Shown here piece by piece: positions 12,220-24,172 of a stretch of 64,000 nucleotides of DNA (within the stretch, counting starts at the first letter, position 1; every line of letters starts with the position of its first letter). The notes under the pieces were generated by a model. The model was not told the DNA's origin. It saw only the letters and a list, made by a program, of their open reading frames with translations, and ran no database searches. The position numbers were made by a program, and so were the translations under genes. Source of the stretch: Saprolegnia diclina VS20 (taxonomy: Eukaryota); NCBI RefSeq assembly GCF_000281045.1, contig NW_008246076.1, positions 153,286 through 217,285 of the forward strand, in the 5' to 3' direction.

Positions 12220-15200
12220 TCGAGCACATCTTGTCGATTTTTGATTTTTCCATTTTTTGTCGACGACGATTTTGTGGCACGACCGCCCTCTTGTCATGGA
12301 TGTACAGAGTGTCGTGCGTTGGATACTAGTAGAGCGATTTTGATGGCGTTTGTCCAGATGCGGATAGCATGCGTTGACCACCTTTGGTCTAGACGGTGGC
12401 TTCCTGCTTCGCATTTCTCAAGGTACAGGGTTCGAGCCCCGTTGTGTCGTCCCTTTCTTCGCTCTCTCATTGGCGTTGGCATCGGTACCGTCAAGGTTAG
12501 CTCTTGCTATATTGACAACGACGAGTCAAAGCAGTTTTATACTATACAACCTGCTATGATCGTCGCTTACGCCTCCTTTGGCAGGACGAACTCTACATGT
12601 AAGCACGCCAAATCGTGGGAGGGTCAGCGGAACACCCGTGTCAAATTGAGAAGTGTCCTTCTCCATTTCAATGCCCCCGTGTGCTCACGTATGTGGTCGC
12701 ACGACACACAACACGCAGATGATGGTAGGCAGCCAAGATCAGAGGCGAACCGTCCTCGTCCGAGGGTCTTCACAATGGCAACGCGACTCCCTCGGGTCTT
12801 CCATCGTTACGGACCGAGCCGAGGTATACGGCCGCATTGAGCGGCATTACAGCCTCCGCCGTGGGCTTGATTCTAATGTGGTATGCTCTATCACAATGAA
12901 GCGTCTGCAGGATGACAGACGATATGTGCTGTACTCCGAGATAGCAAGCGAGCAAGCAAGCGAACTTCAACACGATCCAATGAGAGGCACGACAATAGGA
13001 GGCGGCTAGTCCTCAATAAGCCAAACGTGTTGGATACAAAGCGAATGCTGAAGTGAGCCACTAGGACTCAGTCTACTGACAACGGGCAGGGAGTGGCTGC
13101 AGTCCACTTCCCTACTAATGCCCATACTACTATATCCAGAACATTCCGCCGTGGGTTGACAATGGAACATTTGGCATGAAGATCCTTCCAGGATCTTCAG
13201 CAGACAGGATCTATCACTAGGCTTAGGATACAGCCGCCTATGTTCCCAGAACATGAGCTGTGCGGGTGGATTGTCATGTAGTCCTTTAACTAGCACGGTA
13301 TCCCAGATATACCACACGATATGCGCGTGGTGGCCCACGCACACACCGTGCTCGACGAACGGGCGACCTGAGCGCAGCTCGATTTGGCATGGCGCCCATT
13401 CAGTCGCCTACGGCAGTGTCGACCCACAGTGATTCAAATTTATATAGCTCTTTACTAAAGACAATTGGAGCTTCTAGTCCTCGCGTCCTTAAAGGGACCT
13501 GTGACGTTTCCGTTGACGGACCCTACCCCGCGACGTTTGCGCGGTAGTGTCGGATGCAGAAATCGTATGCTTTGTCTAGTCGACGTCCAACGCGCCAGTC
13601 CTAGCACAAGATAGGCAGTGTCATTTGACCGAGAGACGCGGTCGGCAGCTTTCGTAAAATCAGGGAATGTATGACCACATAGAATTGCGCAAGATATGAA
13701 ACTGAGAGGCCGTAGACTGCCCTCCACGTCTCGCGCCTCGGCCTAGCTCGTTGGTTATTGGTGCTCGAATCGCTGAGCTATCGTCGTTGCTTGATGTTAT
13801 GTGTTTGGCTCGGTCGTGGCGTCTGATCCGACCCGCGGGTTTGAGCCAGCGCGTCTGATCCTGGCGCCGGACCAGACGCCCCTTCTGTCGGAATCTTGTG
13901 CGAAGAAGAGTAGCTCTATCACCACGCGGCTGCAAATGTGTGGCTGGAGCTGGGAGCTAGCTGGTCGCAGTTGCCGGTAGTAAGATCGCACTGGGCGATT
14001 GTATGCCGACGGCGCGCGACATGTGCCCACAACCACCCACGGCGCCGCTGTCAATGACGACGCGTCAATGAACGCCGCGCCGCAGTTGCACTTGAAGCAA
14101 AAGTAGCTTGGCTTCATTGGCTACGAAGCAACCACCCCGATCCCCCTCGCAACTGATTCACTCGTTCGATCCAGCTTGCCGCTCGCCGCGCTTCTCCCGC
14201 CCTTGCCGCGTCCATTCCCGCATCGCCACTGCACGCGACGACGCCTAGTTATAACACATTTGCTAGACAATTATGGCTATCTATTGTCGATTTGGAATCT
14301 ACCACGCGTTGAAATAGCAAGCACGTTCGTTGCCTTTCCATCTCGCGAACGAACGCGTGGAGTTCGCCCACATATCCGGTGCATCCGGATATCCGGCTTG
14401 CCACATGCAATCTCACGACTGTCTCACTTTGCACCAAATCTATCTCAACCGTCTCATACGTTCGCGCCGAATCGAGAACGTGCGCTGTCCATGCAGCGTC
14501 ATCTTCTGCTGTGGTCATCGCCATCAACTCGTATCGACTGCCCTACAAGCGTACTGAGGTCCTCTGCCAGCTCGGTCTTGACGTGGGCTGCTGCGCACGT
14601 CGTCAGCACGTCGTCAGCAAGCGTACCACCGCCTCCACTGCCCATACGTTTAGCACCAAAACAACATAAGGTCTTATTCCTATTGCATTGCCACGGGCCA
14701 AAGCTTTCTATGATGTGCCCTTGCTATTTGCTGTGACCTCGCAGCTCGAAGTATACAAACGACGCCGTTGAAGCGCTGCCCCTTCTTGGGCATTCGCTTG
14801 ACGTATACCGTACGATAGACAGTGCTGTGAAGTGGTCCATCTCGTGCCGGCAAAAGCATCGCCAGGTACGGCCATGACCGCCATTATGACAAGCAACTTT
14901 CTAGTCCTCGTCGTGCAGGAAAGAAGGCGGTTAACGTGGCGGGCGGCGGGTGTCGTCCCGCAGTCGCCGCCTTGGATCGTGCTTCAATGTGGCGGGCGTC
15001 CGATTTAATTAAAAAATAAAATGGCCATACCAAAGCACTTGGCTTGGCTATACAGCATGCTCTGTGTGCATTAAATATGGCATTGGTGCCAGCGGGGTAG
15101 GGCCGTCGGAATATCAGCCAATCACGTGTCCGTATCATGCTGCATACATTCGCCAAGAGAAGCCTTCTGGCAGTCTCTGCGGTCATTTGCTCTTACGTTG

Positions 15201-15277
15201 CCGTACTCGCATCTACCGCCTCTGCGCCGAGGCCGTCGATACCCCCCAGTACTAGACTACTACCACCTACCATCGCC

Positions 15278-16901
15278 ATGGAGAGCTACACGGAGCCGCT
15301 GGACGTCTCGATGATGGCGCCGCTGCCGCAGCTGGTCCACACGCCCATTGATGTGGACATCTCGTGCCTCTCGCTGCATGGGCCGCCGCTCGCGCAGCCC
15401 GAAGCCGAGCCCTTGCTCTCGCCGTCGCACGCGCTGCCGACAGTGCTGCCCGCGACCTTTCTGCGTACGATCTGCGACCAGCTCGAGTTTTACTTTTGCG
15501 ACGACAACCTCCTCGGCGACCTCTTCTTGCTGAAGAACATGAACGCGCACGGCTACGTCAAGCTCGAGCTGCTCGCGACCTTTGGCCGCGTCAAGAAGCT
15601 CACGACCGACATTGCGCTCCTCCAGCAAGCGCTCGAGCTCTCGACCAAGCTCCTCTTGAGCGAAGAAGGCGCGAGTGTGTGCCGCAAGGACCCGCTGCCG
15701 TACGACCAGACGTACCATGGCAAGCTGTCGCGCACTGCGATTGCGTACAACCTCGCCGAAGACGCGAGCATTGCGAGCCTCAAGGACACCTTCCGCACGT
15801 GCGGCGAAATCACGTACCTCCGCCTCCTCAAGAAGAACGGCGCGACCGGCCGCAACGCGGTGCTCAAGCCGCCCGTCATTTCCGGCGAAACGTACTTACG
15901 TGTTGCTTGTGGTCATGACCTTATCCGCGATGTAGGTATGCGATCATTGAGTTTATCGACGCCGAGATGGCCAACCACGCCGTCTTGACGCTCTCGGACC
16001 AGTACAACTGGCGCACGGGCATGCAGGTCGTGCTCTTTGATGGCACGACCACCGACAAGCTCAAGCAGCGTATGTTTCCGGTCGAAGTCGACCGACGCCG
16101 CGCCAAGTCGGCCGCGGCGGCGTTCCAGTCGACGAACGGCGGCGGCTCCAACTCGGCCTCGAGCTCGCCCCGCGCCGGCAACAAGGTACCGTTCACCCAA
16201 TCTTCTTCTCAGTTCTTAGTGTATGATGCTAGTCGGCCCCGATTCACGTCGAGTCGGTGGGCGAGGGCCTCAACGACCTCAGCGAAGGCAAAGTGAGCAC
16301 GGGCGTTGTCTACTCGATCCGTGGCGCCGGCGGCCTCATCACGCCCGCCCGCCAAGACGGCTCGTCGATCAGCTTCCGCCTCGTGCCCGACGAAGACGGC
16401 TCGATTGACATTTTCCAAGGCGACTACGTTTCCTTTACAGTCGGCAAAAACAAGAAGAGCGGACGCAAATACGCATCGAAAGTCAAGCTCGAGTACCGCC
16501 CGCCGAGCGTGCACGCAGCTGCGACCGCGCCGCCCACCCGCCACGAGAACCACCACACGTCCATGGCCAATGGCGAGCGCAGCCGCGCCCGCACGATGGG
16601 CAACGACGCTGCGACGCCCTTTACGCGCGGCCGGTCGTCGTCGTCAGGCCAGCGGCCGCAGCGCTTGCCGCTCAAGAGCCCGGACGCGGTCGACTCTGCG
16701 ATCGCGCAGGCCTTTCGGCAAGCGGCCGGCCCCGACGGCACGCGCGGCTTTGGCCGCGCACGGGGCCCACTCCCGGCCAAGAAGGAGCCCGGCTTGAGTG
16801 CGTCGTTTGCAGCCGACCTCGCGGGCCGTCGCCGGGCGGCGTCGTCGGGCGCGCCGCCGCCGCCCAGCTTTTTCGGCTCGGGCAATGGCTTTGCTTTCTA
16901 A
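15278..16901 (+). CDS. La-related RNA-binding protein (LARP6-like): La motif + RRM + cold-shock-like domain + SUZ-C/LSA-like motif
   Basis: LAM: ICDQLEFYFCDDNLLGDLFLLKNM..GYVKLELLATFGRVKKLT. RRM: SRTAIAYNL..FRTCGEITYLRLL..AIIEF. C-terminal RQAAGPDGTRGF. Two short introns near 15892 and 16186. Confidence 0.85.
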
Positions 16902-17556
16902 ACCGACCAGTTCGGTTGGTGCGACGTTGGCCACGTACGACTTCTTATGACAACATATTGTGTATACCGCATTGCTCCCCAACGTATAATGTACAACTTC
17001 TTCTTTGCCCATGCACTTCTACTCTAGTCCTCTCCTTGTAGTACAGTAGCTTGGCACTTTTGCGAGTTGGGACGAGGGCGGTGGCGCGACCGGCGGCGGC
17101 TACTCGAGGCTGTCGCCGTGGGTGGCACGGCTACTCCTGAGGCACGCGGTCATGCGTGGCTACTCGACTGGTGCGCCTGTCGCCTCGAAAGATAAGCTCT
17201 TGGACAAGCTTGGCTCGATAACATTTGCCGACCACGCTTGCCGTGGAAGCCGCTGCCATCGTATTAGCGCAGTACAGTACCGACCGCAGCACCTTCGGCT
17301 GTACACATTCTGTGTGAACTGCGCAAAAAAAGACGACTCTACGAGGTATGAGTACGCGCGCCAGCCGCACTGGGCTGGGTAGCTTGGCCGTCGATGGAGC
17401 GACGACGACGTTGCCACGAAATTGCTTGCACCGCAAAGCTCTGTGTAATGAACCAGCTCGGCCTGTCCTTTGTGTCAGTTCTCTGGTCGTTGGCATTCGT
17501 AGTCTCTAGTACCATGACGCGCTTTGGTTGGTGGCGAATGGGTTGCGTGCTCAATG

Positions 17557-18405
17557 NNNNNNNNNNNNNNNNNNNNNNNNNNNNNNNNNNNNNNNNNNNN
17601 NNNNNNNNNNNNNNNNNNNNNNNNNNNNNNNNNNNNNNNNNNNNNNNNNNNNNNNNNNNNNNNNNNNNNNNNNNNNNNNNNNNNNNNNNNNNNNNNNNNN
17701 NNNNNNNNNNNNNNNNNNNNNNNNNNNNNNNNNNNNNNNNNNNNNNNNNNNNNNNNNNNNNNNNNNNNNNNNNNNNNNNNNNNNNNNNNNNNNNNNNNNN
17801 NNNNNNNNNNNNNNNNNNNNNNNNNNNNNNNNNNNNNNNNNNNNNNNNNNNNNNNNNNNNNNNNNNNNNNNNNNNNNNNNNNNNNNNNNNNNNNNNNNNN
17901 NNNNNNNNNNNNNNNNNNNNNNNNNNNNNNNNNNNNNNNNNNNNNNNNNNNNNNNNNNNNNNNNNNNNNNNNNNNNNNNNNNNNNNNNNNNNNNNNNNNN
18001 NNNNNNNNNNNNNNNNNNNNNNNNNNNNNNNNNNNNNNNNNNNNNNNNNNNNNNNNNNNNNNNNNNNNNNNNNNNNNNNNNNNNNNNNNNNNNNNNNNNN
18101 NNNNNNNNNNNNNNNNNNNNNNNNNNNNNNNNNNNNNNNNNNNNNNNNNNNNNNNNNNNNNNNNNNNNNNNNNNNNNNNNNNNNNNNNNNNNNNNNNNNN
18201 NNNNNNNNNNNNNNNNNNNNNNNNNNNNNNNNNNNNNNNNNNNNNNNNNNNNNNNNNNNNNNNNNNNNNNNNNNNNNNNNNNNNNNNNNNNNNNNNNNNN
18301 NNNNNNNNNNNNNNNNNNNNNNNNNNNNNNNNNNNNNNNNNNNNNNNNNNNNNNNNNNNNNNNNNNNNNNNNNNNNNNNNNNNNNNNNNNNNNNNNNNNN
18401 NNNNN
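17557..18405. other. Assembly gap (849 N)
   Basis: Run of N from 17557 to 18405. Confidence 1.
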
Positions 18406-18562
18406 ATCAGCCGTCTTTCTCGCATCGCGATTCGGAATAGGGTCCTCCCCAAACCACATGATACAAACTGCAAGCTTACGCTATACGTAAGCTGCCTCTA
18501 TCATGTGGGGGGCCGTACACAAAGAGTCCTAACCCACCAATGATCATTCGCTATTCTGCTCC

Positions 18563-20680
18563 ATGAAGGCGTCGTGGCCTGCGTTTACGCCTGGCACACT
18601 GCGGCTCGCCGTCATGTTTGCCTGCCTCTACACGATCGCGGTGACGCTTGTGCTTCTCCTCCAGCGCCGATCCGCGCATGTCGTCAGGAGGTTGGTTGTC
18701 AGACAGGTGATTACAGTGGCGACCTCCAATTCTAGTGCAACTACGCTTCACGCGACTCCTATCAAAGCCACGACGTCGCTCTACCACGAAAATTGCAGCT
18801 ACCAAAGCTACGCCTTTGCCGAGCAGTACGAGGCGATGGCCGCGCACCCCGTCATGCCGCCACCAGGGCTGGCCAAGCTGCAGCGGTACGGAATCTCGGG
18901 TCGCCGACATAACCGTTCACACGCATTTCTTGCATAGCGCGCGGCCAACCATCGCTACGAAGCGGTCGTGGCGCGACTGTCTCCCGGTGCGCTCGGTCAT
19001 TTGCGGCGTGGCCGCCGGCGACCAAGACTCGCTGTTCACGCAGCACCCGCCGTGTCGGTCGGCGGTCTTGCACCACTTGCTCGTGTCGACGATGGCGGTA
19101 CGCCACACCATCAAAAAGCGCTTGCTTGGCTCACGTCTCTCTTGTGTCTTAGGCGATGGAAGCCCGCGGGCACGTGGCCCTGCCGATCGGGGCCGCGCTG
19201 GAACACATGTGGGAACATGGCGCACTCCCGCCGGCGACGCCCGTCCTCGACGTACAAAGATCGTCCTTAGACTGCCGTTCCTGGATCATGTAACCTGACT
19301 AGATACTCACAAACGCAACCGACGACGTGGCCGACTGGCTCTGGGCCCGCGGTCTGGCCCATTTTTACGACAAGAACGCGGGCGATATTACGTGCCTTGC
19401 CGCCCACCACCCGCTCGCGAGTCGCCTCTATGCTGGCAACGTAGCATCGTATGAGGTGCCGCCCCACCTGCGCTGGTCGCGGATCGACCCGATGGCCAAA
19501 GACGACAAGTTTCGCATTTCGCCGCAGCACGAGCATGCCTACCGGTACGCGCAGCTCACGCCGCCCACGTGCTTGCGACTGTACAATGTGTCAATCCTCG
19601 CGCCAGCGCACCCGCCGACGTTCTTCACCGCAGCCCGCGGCATGCGTGACCACGACGGTGAAGCCGCCATTTACCCCAACCCAAGCTGCCAAGCACTTTG
19701 CGAAAACGGCGCACCACGCGCCGCCCGTAACGTGACGCCCAACGTCGCTCGGTGCCCACTGCGCGTCGACGCAGTGTTCGACACACGGCTCGCAACGTTC
19801 TTGAAGGACCCGATCCCGCTTGTTCTGGACGTCGTCCACACCCCGCACCTCGCGCCGTTCAATGACACGGCCAAGCTACGAGCCGGCGAAGCGTGGGAGT
19901 TTTGCCTACCGATGAAGCCGCAGCAGTGTGGCGCGCGGCGCGGCGTCAAATCGACGCTCTTCGAGACACCACCGGGCAAACCGTGCCGGTCGGCCGTGCT
20001 GCAGCTGCTGCTAGAAAACATGCTCGAGGTCACGTACGACCTCGGCCTGCCGGCGTTTGTCTACTTTGGCACGCTACTCGGTACAGCCTTTATCTCCCTT
20101 TTGTTCAGTAGGATGTTGACGCGGCGCATAGGGGCATGGCGCGATGAAGCCATCATTCCGCACACGCGAGACATTGACATTGTTTTGCCGTCCGAAACGG
20201 AGTGGGCCAAGGTGCAGGACGCCATGTGGGCGCGGGGCTTCTATGTCTTCAAGCGCGATATTCACGGCGCCTGCGTTGCGTCGCACCACCCGCTGGCAGG
20301 TCTCGTGTACGCCCCCAACGTAAGTGCAATCTCATGACGTGGCAGTTTCCAGACGCAATATGGTGTGTTTTTAGACACCGCTTGTCAAAACCTCCAAGTG
20401 GGACCACGGCACACCGTACTTGGACTTGTGCATGTGGCGCCGCGCGTGGCGCGACAAGATCAGCGTCGAGACGGCGCTTGAGAAGCTCGATCGAAGCCGA
20501 ATGTTTCCGCTGCAGTGCAACGAAAAGATCTTTGGGAACCACGTCCCCGGCATCCAGGACCCCGAGGCCATGTTCCGAACCGAGTACAGCACGACGTATG
20601 CGCAGGACCCGGACCTGCACTTAGAGGCGTGCGAGTCGTACTGCGACTATCAAGTGCTCTCGAACGCGACCACGGTCTAG
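18563..20680 (+). CDS. Type II membrane LicD/fukutin-family phospho-alcohol transferase with two tandem LicD-like domains, multi-exon
   Basis: N-terminal TM anchor (LAVMFACLYTIAVTLVLLL). C-terminal domain has FVYFGTLLG|AWRDEAIIPHTRDIDIV and PYLDL...PEAMFRTEY; a degenerate copy of the domain lies upstream. Confidence 0.85.
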
Positions 20681-21881
20681 GGTGATACAATATTGGTGTG
20701 CATATATAAGTTTAAAAACTGAAGTAACTTCGAAACAAAGCAGTCGTTGATGCTCGAATGCGTCAATGCACACATAGTACTAACATAGAGTTCAGCGACG
20801 TCTAGCAATGTAATAGCATCCTACAAAGTGCAGACCGAGGACTAAGGTTATGGAGATACGGGCAGTGGTCGTGGACGGTGCGACTGGCGCTCGCATCGTA
20901 CCCTCGTTCAGAGTTACCAATTCAAGGCTATAGCCTTGCATTGGGCGATCTGACCTTGGACGTGATCTGGAAGAATCACGTTATATTCATCGCGCCCTGC
21001 GATCAACGCATCTTGGGATGGTTACCGAGCGCGCGATGACGCCATCTCGTGTAATAGTAGCTAGGTACATTGGCACAATAAGATCTCGTTGACTCTGTTG
21101 GTTTGCAGTGTTAGCGTCACTACTGTACCGTGGCGAAAGACCGCTGTGAAACATCGGCGTGTTCTGTACATAAGCTTACTAGTGAATGGGCTGGTGCGAC
21201 CGATCCATGCCCCCTCGTGTGTCATCTTTGTTGTTGAAGTGCGTCCAATGTGTGCCATCTTTGTCTAGTAAAAATGCTACAAGCTTTAAGACTGAGGATG
21301 GTTTATGCATCCAAGCAATTTACTGACTTACGACCGTGCAGGGACGCCGCCACGATGGCGGGTATACGTAGGATCACCAACGACGCCGTCGGAACAAGAA
21401 CTGCGTGTCATCGGACTGAGAGCGATCGTGGACCATCAGAAAAGACAGTCCACCTCACGTTTCGAAATCGCAAAGTTCGTTCGTAGTCTTCCACAAGAGC
21501 ATTCGACTTGGTTTAGAAGAACATTTGTGTGGTTCTTGGACAACCACCGAAGAGAGAAGAGCATTACATAGTTCGCACCCGCCAACCTCGGCGCCACCAA
21601 GCCGGTCGATCATGGGCAGTGCACTCGACGGCGTCATCGCCATCCGCTGTCTCGTCTCGTGTGGCGTGTCGCGGCACGTGTCCCACCCTAAAGTAGCCAA
21701 TCACATCACTTGAAAAGGTGTGACACCTTGAACCTTGACGAGTCGGGTGGTCAAGCGAGCGGTCGCTGGGCGTTGGGATTATGGCCCTTCCGCCACGGGG
21801 TGTAATCGCCAAGTAAAGGCCGGAACAACAGCGACTCTCCTTATATACACGTTTGCCTTGGTTCAGTTTCCATCTTGCACC

Positions 21882-23570
21882 ATGACCAACACGTACCATT
21901 CGGTCGTCGACTCTGTCCAGGAAGCCACGACGCCAACGTCGTCGTCGTCGTCGTCGAATGCGTCGACGTGGCAGGCCGAGCTCAAGCACCTCTTGTCTCT
22001 CGCTGGCCCCATGGTATAGATACTACGGCTATCTTTCTCTGCAACCAACGAGAGACTCATGTGAGGTGTAGATTTTTACCCTCTTTATGGAGTCCCTCCA
22101 CGCCACGATCAGCGTCGTCCTTGTCGGGCAGATCGACTCGCCGCTCGCCACCGAGTACGTTGACGCCGCAACGATGGCAAGTATGTTTACTTCCATCACG
22201 TCCTTCTCTGTGGGTCTCGGCCTTGCGTCGGCCCTCGACACCCTCTGTACGCAAGCCCACGGCGCCGGCAACACCAAGCAGTTTGGCGTCTACTTTCAAA
22301 GCGCCCATCTCGGCATGGCTCTGGTATTCCTCTCGTGCATCTTGGCGAATCAAGTGACAATATTGCGCTGTAGACGTTCATTCCCGTGGTCATTCTCAAC
22401 TGGTTCTCCGGGGATATCTTGACCGCGATGGGCCAAGACGCTGAGATTTCTGGCTTTGCCGGCACCTTCACTCGCATCATCACGATCGGTCTGCCCTTCT
22501 ACTTTGTCTACCAGCTCGTGCGCCGGTTCCTCCAAGCCCATGACATCGTCTACCCGATGACGATGATTGCGCTCTTGAGCAATGTTGTGCACATTGGCCT
22601 TGGCTACTACCTCTGCTACCACACGTCGCTCGGCTTCAACGGCGCGGCCATCGCACGCTGCGTGAGCTACGTGGTGCTGCCTCTGTTGATGCTGCCGTAC
22701 TTTGTGTGGCGGCCGATTCACCGCGAGTGGGGCTTGCACTGGAACAAGGCGGTCGCGGTTGGGAACCTCCGCGAATTCTTTCGCTTTGGGATTCCCGGCC
22801 TGCTCATGGTCATGATGGAGTACACAGCGTTCGAAGTGCTCACACTCATGGCGGGCTGGCTGCCCAACCACAAGGTCATGATTGGCATCAACTCGGTACG
22901 CACAAGCCATATTCTTGGTCATTTTCACAAGATAATTTGGTGTAGGTGCTCATCAACCTCATTTTGATCTTCTACATGGTCTTCCTCGGCATCTCCTTCT
23001 CGGCGACCATCCGCATTGGCAACTACCTCGGCGCCAACAAGCCGGACGAAGCGCGGCGCGTCGCCAAAATGGCCATCGGTGTTTGCGCTTCGCTGTCGTT
23101 TGTCACTGGTGGTACGATGCTGCTCGCGCGCCATGAGCTGCCCAAAGTCTTTATCAACGACGTGGAAGTCGTCGAGTACGTTTTCGCAGGCCTCTCAGGT
23201 GGCTCATGCACCAAATAGGGGGGCCGCGGTTGCGCTCTGCTACGTCATTCTCTTGCACATGATTGACGCCATCAACGCTGTCAACCAAGGGATTTTTCGA
23301 GGCATTGCCAAGCCCGTGATTGCGACGGCGGTGAATGCCGGAGCCTACTACCTCATTGGCCTCCCGATGGCCGCCGTGTGCGCGTTCGCGCTGCACTGGG
23401 ACGTCAATGGCCTCTTTGGCGGCTTCACCCTCGGCGCCTTCACAGCGTGCAGCATGTACATGTGGCAGTTGTCCAAGATCAACTGGGCCGCTGCGGCCAA
23501 CGAAGCCATCCTCCGGAGCAAATCGGGCGTTCCTCTGGACGACGATGTTGAAGCGTGCTGCAGTCCGTAG
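21882..23570 (+). CDS. MATE (MOP superfamily) efflux transporter, copy 1, apparently intact, 5 exons
   Basis: ELKHLLSLAGPM, GLASALDTLCTQAHGA, RRFLQAH, LGFNGAAIA, MEYTAFEVL, RIGNYLGAN, NAGAYYLIGLP motifs. Confidence 0.93.
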
Positions 23571-24172
23571 TCGAATTTTTCGAAATGCTCGTATTTACCT
23601 CGATCGCATAATCTATTTTCTTTTCTACGAAAACAATGTTGTTGAAGGATACAATTAATTGGATTGTTGTCGATGTTTGGATGTTCTAAAAGCAAAAGTA
23701 GCAACCGCGTGCAATGGTCGGTGCTCGTGTCAGCACGGCGATGGTCTTGGATGCAGCTTTGTGCTACTCGTTGTTCGAACTGATGGAGCTGGAGATGGTT
23801 TAATGTTTCAGAATACTATCATTTTGCGTGTCCCTTGTAAGGGTTTTCAAGCATACGCGTTAACCTCGGCGTGTGGAGTCCACACACCGAGGTGCCCGCG
23901 CAGACATTATGGGTCCACTGACGCATGAACGCTCGTCCAGTCTACTAGAGGCATTATAAAGTGCTGGCTAAGCAAGGTACTAGTGCCAAGAGCTCCTTTT
24001 TTGTCATGGTTTTTGACCTACTATTTCCCCCTCTGCTGTCGTCGCGAACGATTCAATGGTCCGCGTCGCTTGCACGCATTCGCAAAGTGCCGACCCGACA
24101 ACCCACGCGCAAATTCCAACTCTCTGACCTCATTTAAATCGAATCTAACTTTTGCATTTTGAGATTACCATC

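Noticed and set aside
10885..12414. 509-aa minus-strand ORF
   Set aside because: Antisense shadow of the TMEM144 gene; GC-rich coding DNA has few stops on the opposite strand.
17040..17556. Short ORFs left of the gap
   Set aside because: No identifiable product; context lost in the gap.
17394..18543. Five long ORFs of 300-350 aa in the ORF track
   Set aside because: They are runs of X produced by the assembly gap.
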